64,000 nucleotides of DNA from Escherichia phage moha. The notes beneath the pieces were generated by a model that worked only from the letters and a program-made list of their open reading frames with translations, did not search any database and was not told where the DNA came from. Made by a program: the position numbers and the translations under genes. Of the stretch, positions 18,236 through 27,488 are shown piece after piece. Each line of letters starts with the position of its first letter. The first letter of the stretch is position 1. The stretch lies in sequence record MN850590.1; one strand, given 5' to 3'.

Positions 18236-19921
18236 ATGAAAAAAGCTGTTATTCTTGGTGCTGGATTGGCAACTCGTTTATATCCAATAACGCATCATAT
18301 TCCTAAGGTGCTTGTTAACTATAAACAAGACACTATTCTGAGCAATTTGTATACAATTTATTCTGACCTTGGCGCAGATGAAATTATTGTAGTAGTTCAT
18401 TCAAAATTTGCTGAAACTGTTCGAGCTTATTGTGAGCAAGAAGGGTTCAATGTGACTATTCGTACAGTTGATGAAGCGTATGGATCTGCTTATGCTCTTG
18501 CTAAATTACACAAAGATTTAGACGGCCATAATGTAATTGTTAACTGGTGTGATATTATTCCTGATTTTGGTTCATGGTCTTGGAATGTTAACGCAATCTA
18601 TGTTAAAGGTGACGAATGTCGATATAATTTCGACGGTGAAAATATCACTAACGTAGGTTCAACAGGTGGTAATGTTGTAGGAATTTATCAGTTCAAAGAC
18701 TGGGAATTCTATATGGGTTCTACTGATGAAGAAATTCATGAATACTGCAAAGGACGTGATTTCGTAGAATTCCTTTACGCCAGCGCATTCAATAAATCAG
18801 AGCTTATGAATCTAATTGATTTAGGTGATATGCCTAAACTTGAAAAGGCTCATGAAGTTCGTGAACTTAATCGTAGTTTTAATGCAGTTGAAATTGGTGA
18901 AGAAACTGTAACTAAATTCGCATTGACCGAACAGGGTCGAGCTCTTCAGAAAGATGAGATTTCATGGTATCTTAAAGTGAAATCGGATTCAGTTCCTCAG
19001 TTAGTTTCTGTTAATGAAAATAACTTTGAAATGGAACGCATTAAAGGTAAGCCGGCATTTGAATATATTAAATCCAAATCAAGTCTTGCTCGTCCACAAA
19101 TTGTTGATGCAATTTTAGATGCACTGAAATTCAGCACAGACACTTATTTTGTAAGTCCTGAAACTGTTCGTCGTGATTTCACTAAAGAATTCTATACGAA
19201 AGTTATTGATCGTTGTGAAAGCATTCAACCATTGATTGATTCATTTGGTAAAATCACGCATGTGAACTACACTAAGATTGGACGTCTGAAGCCAATGCTG
19301 AAACAAGCTTTAGAACACCTTATTCGTTATCATAACCGTTCTCAGGGGCAGTACTCTGTTATTCACGGTGACCCGAACTTCAGTAATACTATGATTACTG
19401 ATAACGGCGAAGTCAAGTTTATCGACCCTCGTGGATATTTTGGCGAAACCAAGATTTACGGGCCAAAATTGTATGATGAAGCTAAAGTGCTTTATGCTGT
19501 TTCAGGTTATGATGAATTCAATGCTAATCCGACCTGGGGACAGTTTACTATTGATGAAACAACTTGTAATGTGACTATTAACATCAATCCATTAGTTTAC
19601 AAATATGGAAAGATGAGTTCGTTTAACGAGTATCATCATTTGGCAGTGGCAATTATCTGGATTGCATTAGGTGGTTATTTCAAGAATAATCCACTTAAAG
19701 CGGTAGCCGCATATTATAAAGGTATGGAACTTCTGACTAAGCAATTACGTAACATGGGCCGTGTACTTCAGGACGGCTCTATTAGTTATGACGTAGCAGA
19801 ACCTGTAACGGCTACTCTGATTACAAAAAATCCTGGTAAATGGGTACTAACTGATAAAGAAACTGGTGTTTCCTATCGTCCAATCGGTGGCGATATCACT
19901 CATCAATGGGAACGAATCTAA
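18236..19921 (+). CDS. Bifunctional sugar-1-phosphate nucleotidyltransferase / APH-fold sugar kinase
   Basis: N-terminal AVILGAGLATRL nucleotidyltransferase motif; C-terminal HGDPNFSN (HxDxxxxN) and IDPRG kinase motifs. Confidence 0.7.
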   Translation: MKKAVILGAGLATRLYPITHHIPKVLVNYKQDTILSNLYTIYSDLGADEIIVVVHSKFAETVRAYCEQEGFNVTIRTVDEAYGSAYALAKLHKDLDGHNVIVNWCDIIPDFGSWSWNVNAIYVKGDECRYNFDGENITNVGSTGGNVVGIYQFKDWEFYMGSTDEEIHEYCKGRDFVEFLYASAFNKSELMNLIDLGDMPKLEKAHEVRELNRSFNAVEIGEETVTKFALTEQGRALQKDEISWYLKVKSDSVPQLVSVNENNFEMERIKGKPAFEYIKSKSSLARPQIVDAILDALKFSTDTYFVSPETVRRDFTKEFYTKVIDRCESIQPLIDSFGKITHVNYTKIGRLKPMLKQALEHLIRYHNRSQGQYSVIHGDPNFSNTMITDNGEVKFIDPRGYFGETKIYGPKLYDEAKVLYAVSGYDEFNANPTWGQFTIDETTCNVTININPLVYKYGKMSSFNEYHHLAVAIIWIALGGYFKNNPLKAVAAYYKGMELLTKQLRNMGRVLQDGSISYDVAEPVTATLITKNPGKWVLTDKETGVSYRPIGGDITHQWERI

Positions 19922-20307
19922 TGCCCCGTGTAGAAAACATGCTTAATCTTTGTTTTGATGTCGATGATTGCATCACGGAATGGAATAACAATCGTGATTA
20001 CGTGAACTTCAAACCAGACGTCGAAATGGTGTCTGCCATTAATGCCCTGTATGATGCAGGGCATACCATAACGCTTTACACTGCTCGTGGTATGAAGTCA
20101 GTAGGTCCTGGTCGTATAGCAATTGACATTCTCCCAAGTCTGATTCAGAACTTGGAAAACATTGGTTTGAAGTACCATAATTTGCTAACACATAAACCAG
20201 TATATGATTGGATTATCGACGACAAAGCTATGCGTCCTGATGAATTCAAAGCTCTTATGAATAAAGGCGAATTCGAAACATTTAAATCATATAAACCAAA
20301 TCTATAA
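19921..20307 (+). CDS. HAD-superfamily phosphatase (small, KdsC/GmhB-like)
   Basis: Motif I FDVDDCIT, motif IV IIDDK; ATG 19921 overlaps upstream stop (alternative ATG 19906). Confidence 0.6.
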   Translation: MPRVENMLNLCFDVDDCITEWNNNRDYVNFKPDVEMVSAINALYDAGHTITLYTARGMKSVGPGRIAIDILPSLIQNLENIGLKYHNLLTHKPVYDWIIDDKAMRPDEFKALMNKGEFETFKSYKPNL

Positions 20308-20364
20308 TAATTTAAGTAAGACCTGCAAAAACCATCGCATCAATTAACGTGAGATGCAAAAAAA

Positions 20365-21525
20365 ATGAATACTTTTAAAATCGGAACGAATTTTGATTTA
20401 GCTCTTCTTGATAAAATCGTAGAGCTCAATAAAACCTATCCTAATAGCTTGATAAACGAAGTATATGGCTCTACAAGAGAAATGGCTTTTGTAGCAGCCA
20501 GACCTGATTTTAGGCTTCCTGACGTTGACAAAAAGATGTTAGAAGACTACGTTAAACGTTGTAACGAATTAGGTATTTGCTTTAACTATACACTCAACAC
20601 GATAAATCCTGGTTCAAAAAGAGAACTAGTTGAGTGGAAGAAGAAAGCTATTCAGGATTATGTTCAGTATCTTTGGTCAATAGGCGTATGGCGTATTACT
20701 ATCGCTAACCCTGTTGTTATGGAAATTGTTCGTGAAGTCAATAAAGATATTGAGATTGAAGTTTCAACAATTCTACATGTCGATGCTGTAACTCAAATAA
20801 AATACTTGCATGACCAATATAACATCAAAAAGGTCTGTTGCGGAATTCATAAGAACCGTTCAGTTTCTTTCCTGAAGCGTGCAGCAGAGTTTTGCAATAA
20901 GAACAATATAATATTTGAAGTTCTTGTAAATGAGTTCTGTTCTAATGCTGGTAAAGGGTATACAACACATTGTAGCTATCGTGACTCTTGCTATATTTTC
21001 CATAGTACTGATGTTACCGCTGATGATGCTAAATCCTTAAATGGATATCCAATGCAACACTGCATTAAAGCTCGTGATACAGACCCATTTAACTGGCTGA
21101 GAACTCGTTTTGTTCGTCCTCAAGATTTGAAACTTTATAATGATATTGGTATCACTCAATTCAAAGTTTCAGGACGTACAGGTAGCACAGACTACATTTT
21201 GAAAGTTCTTGAAGCATACGCTTCTGAAAAGTTTGAAGGTAATTTGTTAGAACTGTGGAAGCCTTTAGAGACTATTTTCACTCTTGAAAACGAAACTGAG
21301 TTTTCACATACAGTAAATATTGAAACCTCTTTGTTAGATGGCTTTTTAGAAAAAAGGTGGTTCAGACATCCAGATTTCGATTGTGCTAATGAAATCTGCG
21401 GGACGACGTGTACATATTGTGAAAGATATTATAAACGTCAATTATCTAAAAACGGGTTAGCAGAAAACTCTATATCTATTATTGATATAACTAACTCTGA
21501 TGACGCTTTGAGGTACCCGGAATGA
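20365..21525 (+). CDS. Cys-rich putative Fe-S enzyme (family unassigned; U32-like or radical-SAM-like)
   Basis: 386 aa; CX3CX2C (CGTTCTYC) near C-terminus plus internal Cys cluster EFCSNAGKGYTTHCSYRDSC. Confidence 0.55.
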   Translation: MNTFKIGTNFDLALLDKIVELNKTYPNSLINEVYGSTREMAFVAARPDFRLPDVDKKMLEDYVKRCNELGICFNYTLNTINPGSKRELVEWKKKAIQDYVQYLWSIGVWRITIANPVVMEIVREVNKDIEIEVSTILHVDAVTQIKYLHDQYNIKKVCCGIHKNRSVSFLKRAAEFCNKNNIIFEVLVNEFCSNAGKGYTTHCSYRDSCYIFHSTDVTADDAKSLNGYPMQHCIKARDTDPFNWLRTRFVRPQDLKLYNDIGITQFKVSGRTGSTDYILKVLEAYASEKFEGNLLELWKPLETIFTLENETEFSHTVNIETSLLDGFLEKRWFRHPDFDCANEICGTTCTYCERYYKRQLSKNGLAENSISIIDITNSDDALRYPE

Positions 21526-21761
21526 TTTCTAGAAAAACTTTTAACCACCAACTTAATGAAGAGATTTTGACTATGAAACTGAACACTAATGAACAAATTC
21601 TTAAAAAGGCCCTGATGGGCCTTTTTGAAACTAAAGCGGCTAAAGTGATTAAAGAACCTGTTCAATTAGAATACTACGCTGATGCATTTCTTCATAGTGT
21701 TCTTGGAAGTATCGATGCCGAAGCTTTACGTTATATCAATATTGCCAAGAAATTCAAATAA
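21522..21761 (+). CDS. Hypothetical protein
   Basis: 79-aa ORF overlapping upstream stop. Confidence 0.4.
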   Translation: MISRKTFNHQLNEEILTMKLNTNEQILKKALMGLFETKAAKVIKEPVQLEYYADAFLHSVLGSIDAEALRYINIAKKFK

Positions 21762-21802
21762 GCTTTACGAATTGAGTATATAATAATTGTATTGAGGTAA
21801 AC

Positions 21803-22519
21803 ATGGGAAAACATAACACAATGAAATATATCAAAGCCGCAGATTTTCAAACCGCATTTAAAGCAGTCAATCGTGAAATTTTAGAAAACCCGGAATTCGT
21901 AACTGATTCTCGTATTGGACGTTGTAATGAAATTGGGTCTATGACAGTAGTTGTTGACACTCCATCATCATTCAAAATGACCGACCCACGTATTAACCGC
22001 ATCTCTTATGAATATGCCGAAGACTTCTGGAAGTTTATGATTTCTGGTGGTACCAACGCAGAAGAAGCGTTTAAGGCATATCCTAATGTCGCTAAATTTA
22101 TTTCTAAACCAAAATCAGATGTTTTGCCGGCGAACTTCAACACTTTCTATGGTCCTCGCATTGCGGCTCAATTACCAGCTCTTCTAAAAGAACTTAAAGA
22201 GAAGCCTAACTCTCGAAGAGTTGTGTTCCAAATTCTAGAAAGTTCTGATCAGGCTTTGCTTGATTCGGACGAAACGCTTGAATATCCATGTACTGACTCA
22301 GTGACTTATTATATTCGTGATGGTAAGCTTTATACCCACTGTCATATGCGTTCTCAGAACTGTGCTGTTGTTATGCAGTTGGATTTTTATCTCCAAGGAA
22401 AATTACTTCATTATATCGCTAACGAATGTGGTGTAGAAGTTGGTGATTATACTCATACCATGGTAAGTGCCCATGTGTTTGAACGTGATTTTGATTATGT
22501 TAAAGGATTCCTTGACTAA
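21803..22519 (+). CDS. 42: ThyA-fold pyrimidine hydroxymethylase (dCMP hydroxymethylase-like)
   Basis: Candidate nucleophile Cys in EYPCTDSV and HMRSQN block typical of thymidylate synthase/dCMP hydroxymethylase family; position of T4 gene 42. Confidence 0.7.
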   Translation: MGKHNTMKYIKAADFQTAFKAVNREILENPEFVTDSRIGRCNEIGSMTVVVDTPSSFKMTDPRINRISYEYAEDFWKFMISGGTNAEEAFKAYPNVAKFISKPKSDVLPANFNTFYGPRIAAQLPALLKELKEKPNSRRVVFQILESSDQALLDSDETLEYPCTDSVTYYIRDGKLYTHCHMRSQNCAVVMQLDFYLQGKLLHYIANECGVEVGDYTHTMVSAHVFERDFDYVKGFLD

Positions 22520-23418
22520 TGGCTATTTTCCGCGTACCTATCTTGAGTATGCGGTCTTATGAAACTGGACAGTATGCTATCCTTAAGGATGGCAACTTCC
22601 AACTTCATTTGCACCGTGCTAATCCAGGTGATGTGATTACATATCCACGTAATGCATCTGATATTAAAGAATGTGAACGTCTTTTCCCAGAATTTAAGTT
22701 TGTTCCATTATGGTATAAAGATAACGCGTATAACACTCGTAAATATTTCTGGTCTGAAAATGAATTTGTGGTTGATTCATTAATTGCTTATTATGATTGT
22801 GATTTTCTAATCACAGATATCACTGGATATGATGGTGCTTTTGATGTAGAATTCAATTTCAATATCACTGCAGACCCTAATAAACCACGTTTTTATATTG
22901 ACGAATTCTTAAAAACTGATATGTTGTCGGTTAATCGTTCACTTCAAACTACTGTGTTGAATGAACGTCAAAAAGAAGTGCTGGTTAACGCAGGTGCAAA
23001 TGGTAATAAGATTATCGTAACGCAGAAAGTTATACGTCCTTCCATCATGCAGCGTCTTGTAGGTGATTTGGCTCCTATTCATCTAGATGGTATTTTTCAT
23101 CCATTTCGAATTAGTGACCCATGCTATCGTTTTGAACAAGTGGTTGAATGTGCAATTCAATTAGGTCAACCGCTTTATATAACCGATCCAAATAATAGCT
23201 TCGACAGAAATAAGTATCCTGAAGAAGCGTTGATTCGAATTTTTAAACCAACTAAAACTGAGTACTATCAAATTCTTAAAGGACGTCCGAAGATTCAATA
23301 TTTCGAAAATCCTGAAGAAGTATTCCATCCAGGTCTTGGTGAGTTCATCTACTTTAATGCTTTAATTTCTTCGCCGTATAATATACCTAAATACGAAGAT
23401 GTCGTAATCGAGGAATAA
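22519..23418 (+). CDS. Hypothetical protein in the beta-gt slot (candidate DNA-modification enzyme)
   Basis: 299-aa ORF, no recognised motifs; lies where T4 has beta-glucosyltransferase. Confidence 0.55.
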   Translation: MAIFRVPILSMRSYETGQYAILKDGNFQLHLHRANPGDVITYPRNASDIKECERLFPEFKFVPLWYKDNAYNTRKYFWSENEFVVDSLIAYYDCDFLITDITGYDGAFDVEFNFNITADPNKPRFYIDEFLKTDMLSVNRSLQTTVLNERQKEVLVNAGANGNKIIVTQKVIRPSIMQRLVGDLAPIHLDGIFHPFRISDPCYRFEQVVECAIQLGQPLYITDPNNSFDRNKYPEEALIRIFKPTKTEYYQILKGRPKIQYFENPEEVFHPGLGEFIYFNALISSPYNIPKYEDVVIEE

Positions 23419-23419
23419 A

Positions 23420-23968
23420 ATGGCTAAAATTATTTTAGTAGACGGCCCAGATAATGCTGGTAAAACAACTTTCATTAATGACATAATGGAAATTAGTGAA
23501 AGATATGTAAAGATTGATTTCCCTAAACGAACAGTTGATGGACGTTTCGATGTTAAGTCTCGAAATGAAGTTGGCTGTTTCGAAACGATGTTGAATTATT
23601 TAGACCCTACTAAGATTTATCTGTTAGACCGTGGATATATTAGTAACTGGGTTTATGGACGTATTCGACAAGATGCGGACTCGGTTCTTGATGTTTATGA
23701 ACAGGATTATGTTCGTCTTTGCCAAAACCATGATGTGTTCACAATTATTTTAACACGTAACGAAATGACTGAAAGTTTTGAAGACGACCTTATTACTTTG
23801 TCTTCATTCGGTTTTAATACAGTCATTTCACATTTTGAAGAGTTTGCAATTCATAACAAAATCCAAACGTATCAATTACTTAATCATGATGGTGCTAACA
23901 AAGTTATAGGATTTAATGCAAGCGAACGTAATGATTTGATTACAGAAATCATCAAATGGGCTCGTTAA
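23420..23968 (+). CDS. P-loop nucleoside-monophosphate kinase-like protein (Tmk-like)
   Basis: Walker A DGPDNAGKTT; LDRGY...YG resembles thymidylate kinase DRY/lid region. Confidence 0.6.
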   Translation: MAKIILVDGPDNAGKTTFINDIMEISERYVKIDFPKRTVDGRFDVKSRNEVGCFETMLNYLDPTKIYLLDRGYISNWVYGRIRQDADSVLDVYEQDYVRLCQNHDVFTIILTRNEMTESFEDDLITLSSFGFNTVISHFEEFAIHNKIQTYQLLNHDGANKVIGFNASERNDLITEIIKWAR

Positions 23969-24066
23969 GAGCCATTTAAAGTTTTAAATGCTGTATAACC
24001 CTTAGTATATAATCATTTTATCTTTTAAACATGAGTAAAATATAATGATGCCTATGGAAAAATACA

Positions 24067-25239
24067 ATGTCTGATTTAAAATCTCGTCTGATTAAAGCTT
24101 CTACTTCTAAAATGACTGCAGACTTGACTAAGTCTAAGCTGTTTAATAATCGCGATGAAGTCCCTACTCGTATTCCGATGTTGAATATTGCATTAGGTGG
24201 TGCACTGAATGCAGGGTTGCAATCAGGCTTAACTATTTTTGCTGCACCTTCTAAACATTTTAAAACATTGTTTGGACTAACTATGGTTGCAGCGTATATG
24301 AAGAAATATAAAGATGCAATCTGTTTGTTTTATGACTCAGAATTCGGTGCTTCAGAATCTTATTTTCGTTCAATGGGTGTTGATTTAGACCGTGTAGTTC
24401 ATACTCCGATTCAATCTGTCGAACAACTTAAAGTTGATATGACTAATCAGCTTGACGCTATTGAACGCGGTGATAAAGTTATTATCTTTATTGACTCGAT
24501 TGGTAATACTGCATCTAAGAAAGAAACCGAAGATGCATTGAACGAGAAAGTTGTAGGTGATATGTCTCGTGCTAAGGCACTTAAATCTCTGTTCCGCATT
24601 GTGACCCCGTATCTGACTATTAAAGATATTCCGTGTGTTGCAATTAACCATACAGCAATGGAAATCGGCGGATTGTATCCTAAAGAGATTATGGGTGGTG
24701 GTACAGGTATTCTTTATTCTGCCAACACAGTGTTTTTTATCTCTAAACGTCAGGTTAAAGAAGGTACAGAATTGACCGGTTATGACTTCACGTTGAAAGC
24801 AGAAAAATCTCGCACAGTTAAAGAGAAATCTACTTTCCCGATCACGGTTAATTTTGATGGCGGTATTGACCCATTCAGTGGCTTGTTAGAAATGGCAACT
24901 GAAATTGGTTTTGTGGTTAAGCCTAAAGCCGGTTGGTATGCTCGCGAATTCCTTGACGAAGAAACAGGTGAAATGATTCGTGAAGAAAAATCATGGCGTG
25001 CTAAAGCTACTGATTGTGTAGAATTCTGGGGACCTTTGTTTAAACACAAACCTTTCCGAGATGCAATTGAAACTAAATATAAACTAGGTGCTATCTCTTC
25101 TATTAAAGAAGTTGATGACGCTGTTAATGACCTTATTAATTGCAAAGCAACAACTAAAGTTCCGGTTAAAACTTCTGATGCTCCGTCTGCAGCAGATATA
25201 GAAAACGACCTTGACGAAATGGAAGATTTCGATGAATAA
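24067..25239 (+). CDS. uvsX: Recombinase UvsX (RecA-like)
   Basis: T4 UvsX-like N-terminus MSDLKSRLIKASTSK as recalled; Walker A GPSKHFKT. Confidence 0.95.
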   Translation: MSDLKSRLIKASTSKMTADLTKSKLFNNRDEVPTRIPMLNIALGGALNAGLQSGLTIFAAPSKHFKTLFGLTMVAAYMKKYKDAICLFYDSEFGASESYFRSMGVDLDRVVHTPIQSVEQLKVDMTNQLDAIERGDKVIIFIDSIGNTASKKETEDALNEKVVGDMSRAKALKSLFRIVTPYLTIKDIPCVAINHTAMEIGGLYPKEIMGGGTGILYSANTVFFISKRQVKEGTELTGYDFTLKAEKSRTVKEKSTFPITVNFDGGIDPFSGLLEMATEIGFVVKPKAGWYAREFLDEETGEMIREEKSWRAKATDCVEFWGPLFKHKPFRDAIETKYKLGAISSIKEVDDAVNDLINCKATTKVPVKTSDAPSAADIENDLDEMEDFDE

Positions 25240-25573
25240 TCTCGATGATTTAAATCTAGAAATCGTTGATGAATCCCCTTCTTCGGAAGGGGAGGACATT
25301 CGCAAAGAACGAGTGTTTAATGAATCTCTTAAAATTATCCGTTCAGCAATGGAAAATGTCATTCAAGAGATTCTGATTACACTTGAAGACGGTTCCCATC
25401 ATATAGTCTATATTACAAAACTAGATTGGGTTGATGGTAAAATCGTAATGGACTTTGCAGTTCTTGACCAGGACAGAAAAGCAGAACTTGCACCACATGT
25501 TGAAAAATGTGTTACAATGCAAGTACAACAAGCTTTTAATGAACGAACCAAGAAAAAATTTAAATTCTTTTAA
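25232..25573 (+). CDS. 40: Hypothetical protein at gene 40 position
   Basis: 113 aa, ATGA-type overlap with uvsX stop; identity by position only. Confidence 0.45.
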   Translation: MNNLDDLNLEIVDESPSSEGEDIRKERVFNESLKIIRSAMENVIQEILITLEDGSHHIVYITKLDWVDGKIVMDFAVLDQDRKAELAPHVEKCVTMQVQQAFNERTKKKFKFF

Positions 25574-25582
25574 GGAGTTATC

Positions 25583-27025
25583 GTGGTAGAAATTATTTTG
25601 TCTCATCTAGTATACGACCAGGCTTATTTTTCTAAGGTCTGGCCTTATATGGATTCTGAGTATTTTGAGCGTGGACCGGCAAAAAACGTCTTTAAAATTA
25701 TAAAGAGCCACGTTAACGAATATAATGCAATGCCATCTATCAATGCATTAAAGGTGGCTTTAGATAACAGTTCTTTAACTGAAGCCGAATATAAAGGAAC
25801 TTCAGACCTAATTGAAAAATTGGCTGATACTCCTGAAGACCACGAATGGTTGGTTAAAGAAACTGAGAAATATGTCCAGCAAAAAGCGATGTATAATGCT
25901 ACATCCAAAATCATTGAGATTCAGTCTAATGCTGAACTACCTCCAGAACAACGTAACAAGAAAATGCCTGATGTAGGAGCTATTCCTGATATTATGCGTC
26001 AAGCACTTTCAATTTCGTTTGATAGTTATGTTGGACATGACTGGATGGAAGACTACGAAGCACGCTGGCTTTCTTATCTAAATAAAGCACGTAAGGTCCC
26101 GTTCAAATTAAACATTCTGAATAAAATCACTAAAGGTGGTGCTGAAACCGGTACACTGAATGTTTTAATGGCCGGTGTTAACGTTGGTAAATCTTTAGGC
26201 CTTTGTTCACTTGCTGCAGATTATCTTCAAACAGGTCATAATGTTCTTTATATTTCTATGGAAATGGCTGAAGAAGTTTGTGCTAAGCGTATAGATGCAA
26301 ACATGCTTGACGTATCACTCGATGATATCGATGATGGTAACGTATCTTATGCTGAATATAAAGCCAAGATGGAAAAATGGCGTTCAAAATCCACATTAGG
26401 ACGTTTAGTAGTTAAACAGTATCCTACTGGTGGAGCTAACGCTAATACATTTCGTGCATTGCTTAATGAGTTAAAACTTAAGAAGAACTTTGTGCCATCT
26501 GTAATCATGGTTGATTACTTAGGTATTTGTGGGTCTTGTCGTATCAGAGTTTACACTGAAAATAGCTACACATTAGTTAAAGCTATTGCAGAAGAACTTC
26601 GTGCATTAGCAGTAGAATCTGAAACAGTTCTATGGACTGCAGCTCAAGTAGGACGTGCAGCATGGGATGCTTCAGACATGAACATGAGTGATATCGCAGA
26701 ATCAGCAGGTTTACCAGCAACGGCAGATTTCATGTTGGCCGTAATTGAAACCGAAGAACTTGCACAAGCTGAACAACAACTTATCAAACAAATAAAATCA
26801 CGATATGGTGATAAGAATAAGTGGAATAAATTCCTGATGGGTGTACGTAAAGGCAATCAGAAATGGGTTGAGATTGAGCAAGAAGGCATGAACACACCTA
26901 ACACAGTAAATGAAAACGCAGGTGCTCAGATGCGTCAGGCAGAGGTGAATCGTACGGAACGCGTAGGTAAAGCCAAAGCAACACGTGCTGACCTAGATAG
27001 CTTAGCCAACGAGTTAAAATTTTAA
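25583..27025 (+). CDS. 41: Replicative DNA helicase gp41 (DnaB-like)
   Basis: Walker A GVNVGKSLG, RecA-fold C-terminal domain; GTG start after TAAGGAG. Confidence 0.9.
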   Translation: MVEIILSHLVYDQAYFSKVWPYMDSEYFERGPAKNVFKIIKSHVNEYNAMPSINALKVALDNSSLTEAEYKGTSDLIEKLADTPEDHEWLVKETEKYVQQKAMYNATSKIIEIQSNAELPPEQRNKKMPDVGAIPDIMRQALSISFDSYVGHDWMEDYEARWLSYLNKARKVPFKLNILNKITKGGAETGTLNVLMAGVNVGKSLGLCSLAADYLQTGHNVLYISMEMAEEVCAKRIDANMLDVSLDDIDDGNVSYAEYKAKMEKWRSKSTLGRLVVKQYPTGGANANTFRALLNELKLKKNFVPSVIMVDYLGICGSCRIRVYTENSYTLVKAIAEELRALAVESETVLWTAAQVGRAAWDASDMNMSDIAESAGLPATADFMLAVIETEELAQAEQQLIKQIKSRYGDKNKWNKFLMGVRKGNQKWVEIEQEGMNTPNTVNENAGAQMRQAEVNRTERVGKAKATRADLDSLANELKF

Positions 27026-27030
27026 TAAAA

Positions 27031-27052
27031 AGGAGACTTCGGTCTCCTTTCG
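27031..27052 (+). terminator. Intrinsic terminator after gene 41
   Basis: GGAGAC-TTCG-GTCTCC followed by TTTCGTGGTTT. Confidence 0.65.
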
Positions 27053-27054
27053 TG

Positions 27055-27084
27055 GTTTACATCTTCCTCTAGGCATGATATGAT
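27055..27084 (+). promoter_or_regulatory. Early-type promoter
   Basis: -35 GTTTAC (27055-27060), -10 TATGAT. Confidence 0.45.
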
Positions 27085-27113
27085 GTACTTACACAAACCA
27101 AGAGGAAAACATT

Positions 27114-27488
27114 ATGAATATGTCTCAAGCAATTTTTACTGCAATCACCGAAAACACAACTGTTGAAGTAGTTTCTCCACTGGCAACCTACGTTATTCTT
27201 GCTCCTAAAACTATTGTATCTCGTATGGAAAACACAGGCAAACGTATCGTACAAATAGTTGGAGCTGGAAATCAAAAACTTGATTATCTACGAACCATCA
27301 AAGCTTACGAACATTTCCAACTCGAAAAAGGTTCTCCTATCCAGGTAGAACTCGTAAATGGTGATATCGTTCGAGCAATGTTCCATCATTTCTATGCATT
27401 GAATGACCCATCTAAAGCGGTTCGTTTAATTGCATACGACGCAAACCAAAACGAAATCAACGCAGATGTATCTAAATTACGTTTTTAA
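27114..27488 (+). CDS. Hypothetical protein
   Basis: 124-aa ORF. Confidence 0.5.
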   Translation: MNMSQAIFTAITENTTVEVVSPLATYVILAPKTIVSRMENTGKRIVQIVGAGNQKLDYLRTIKAYEHFQLEKGSPIQVELVNGDIVRAMFHHFYALNDPSKAVRLIAYDANQNEINADVSKLRF

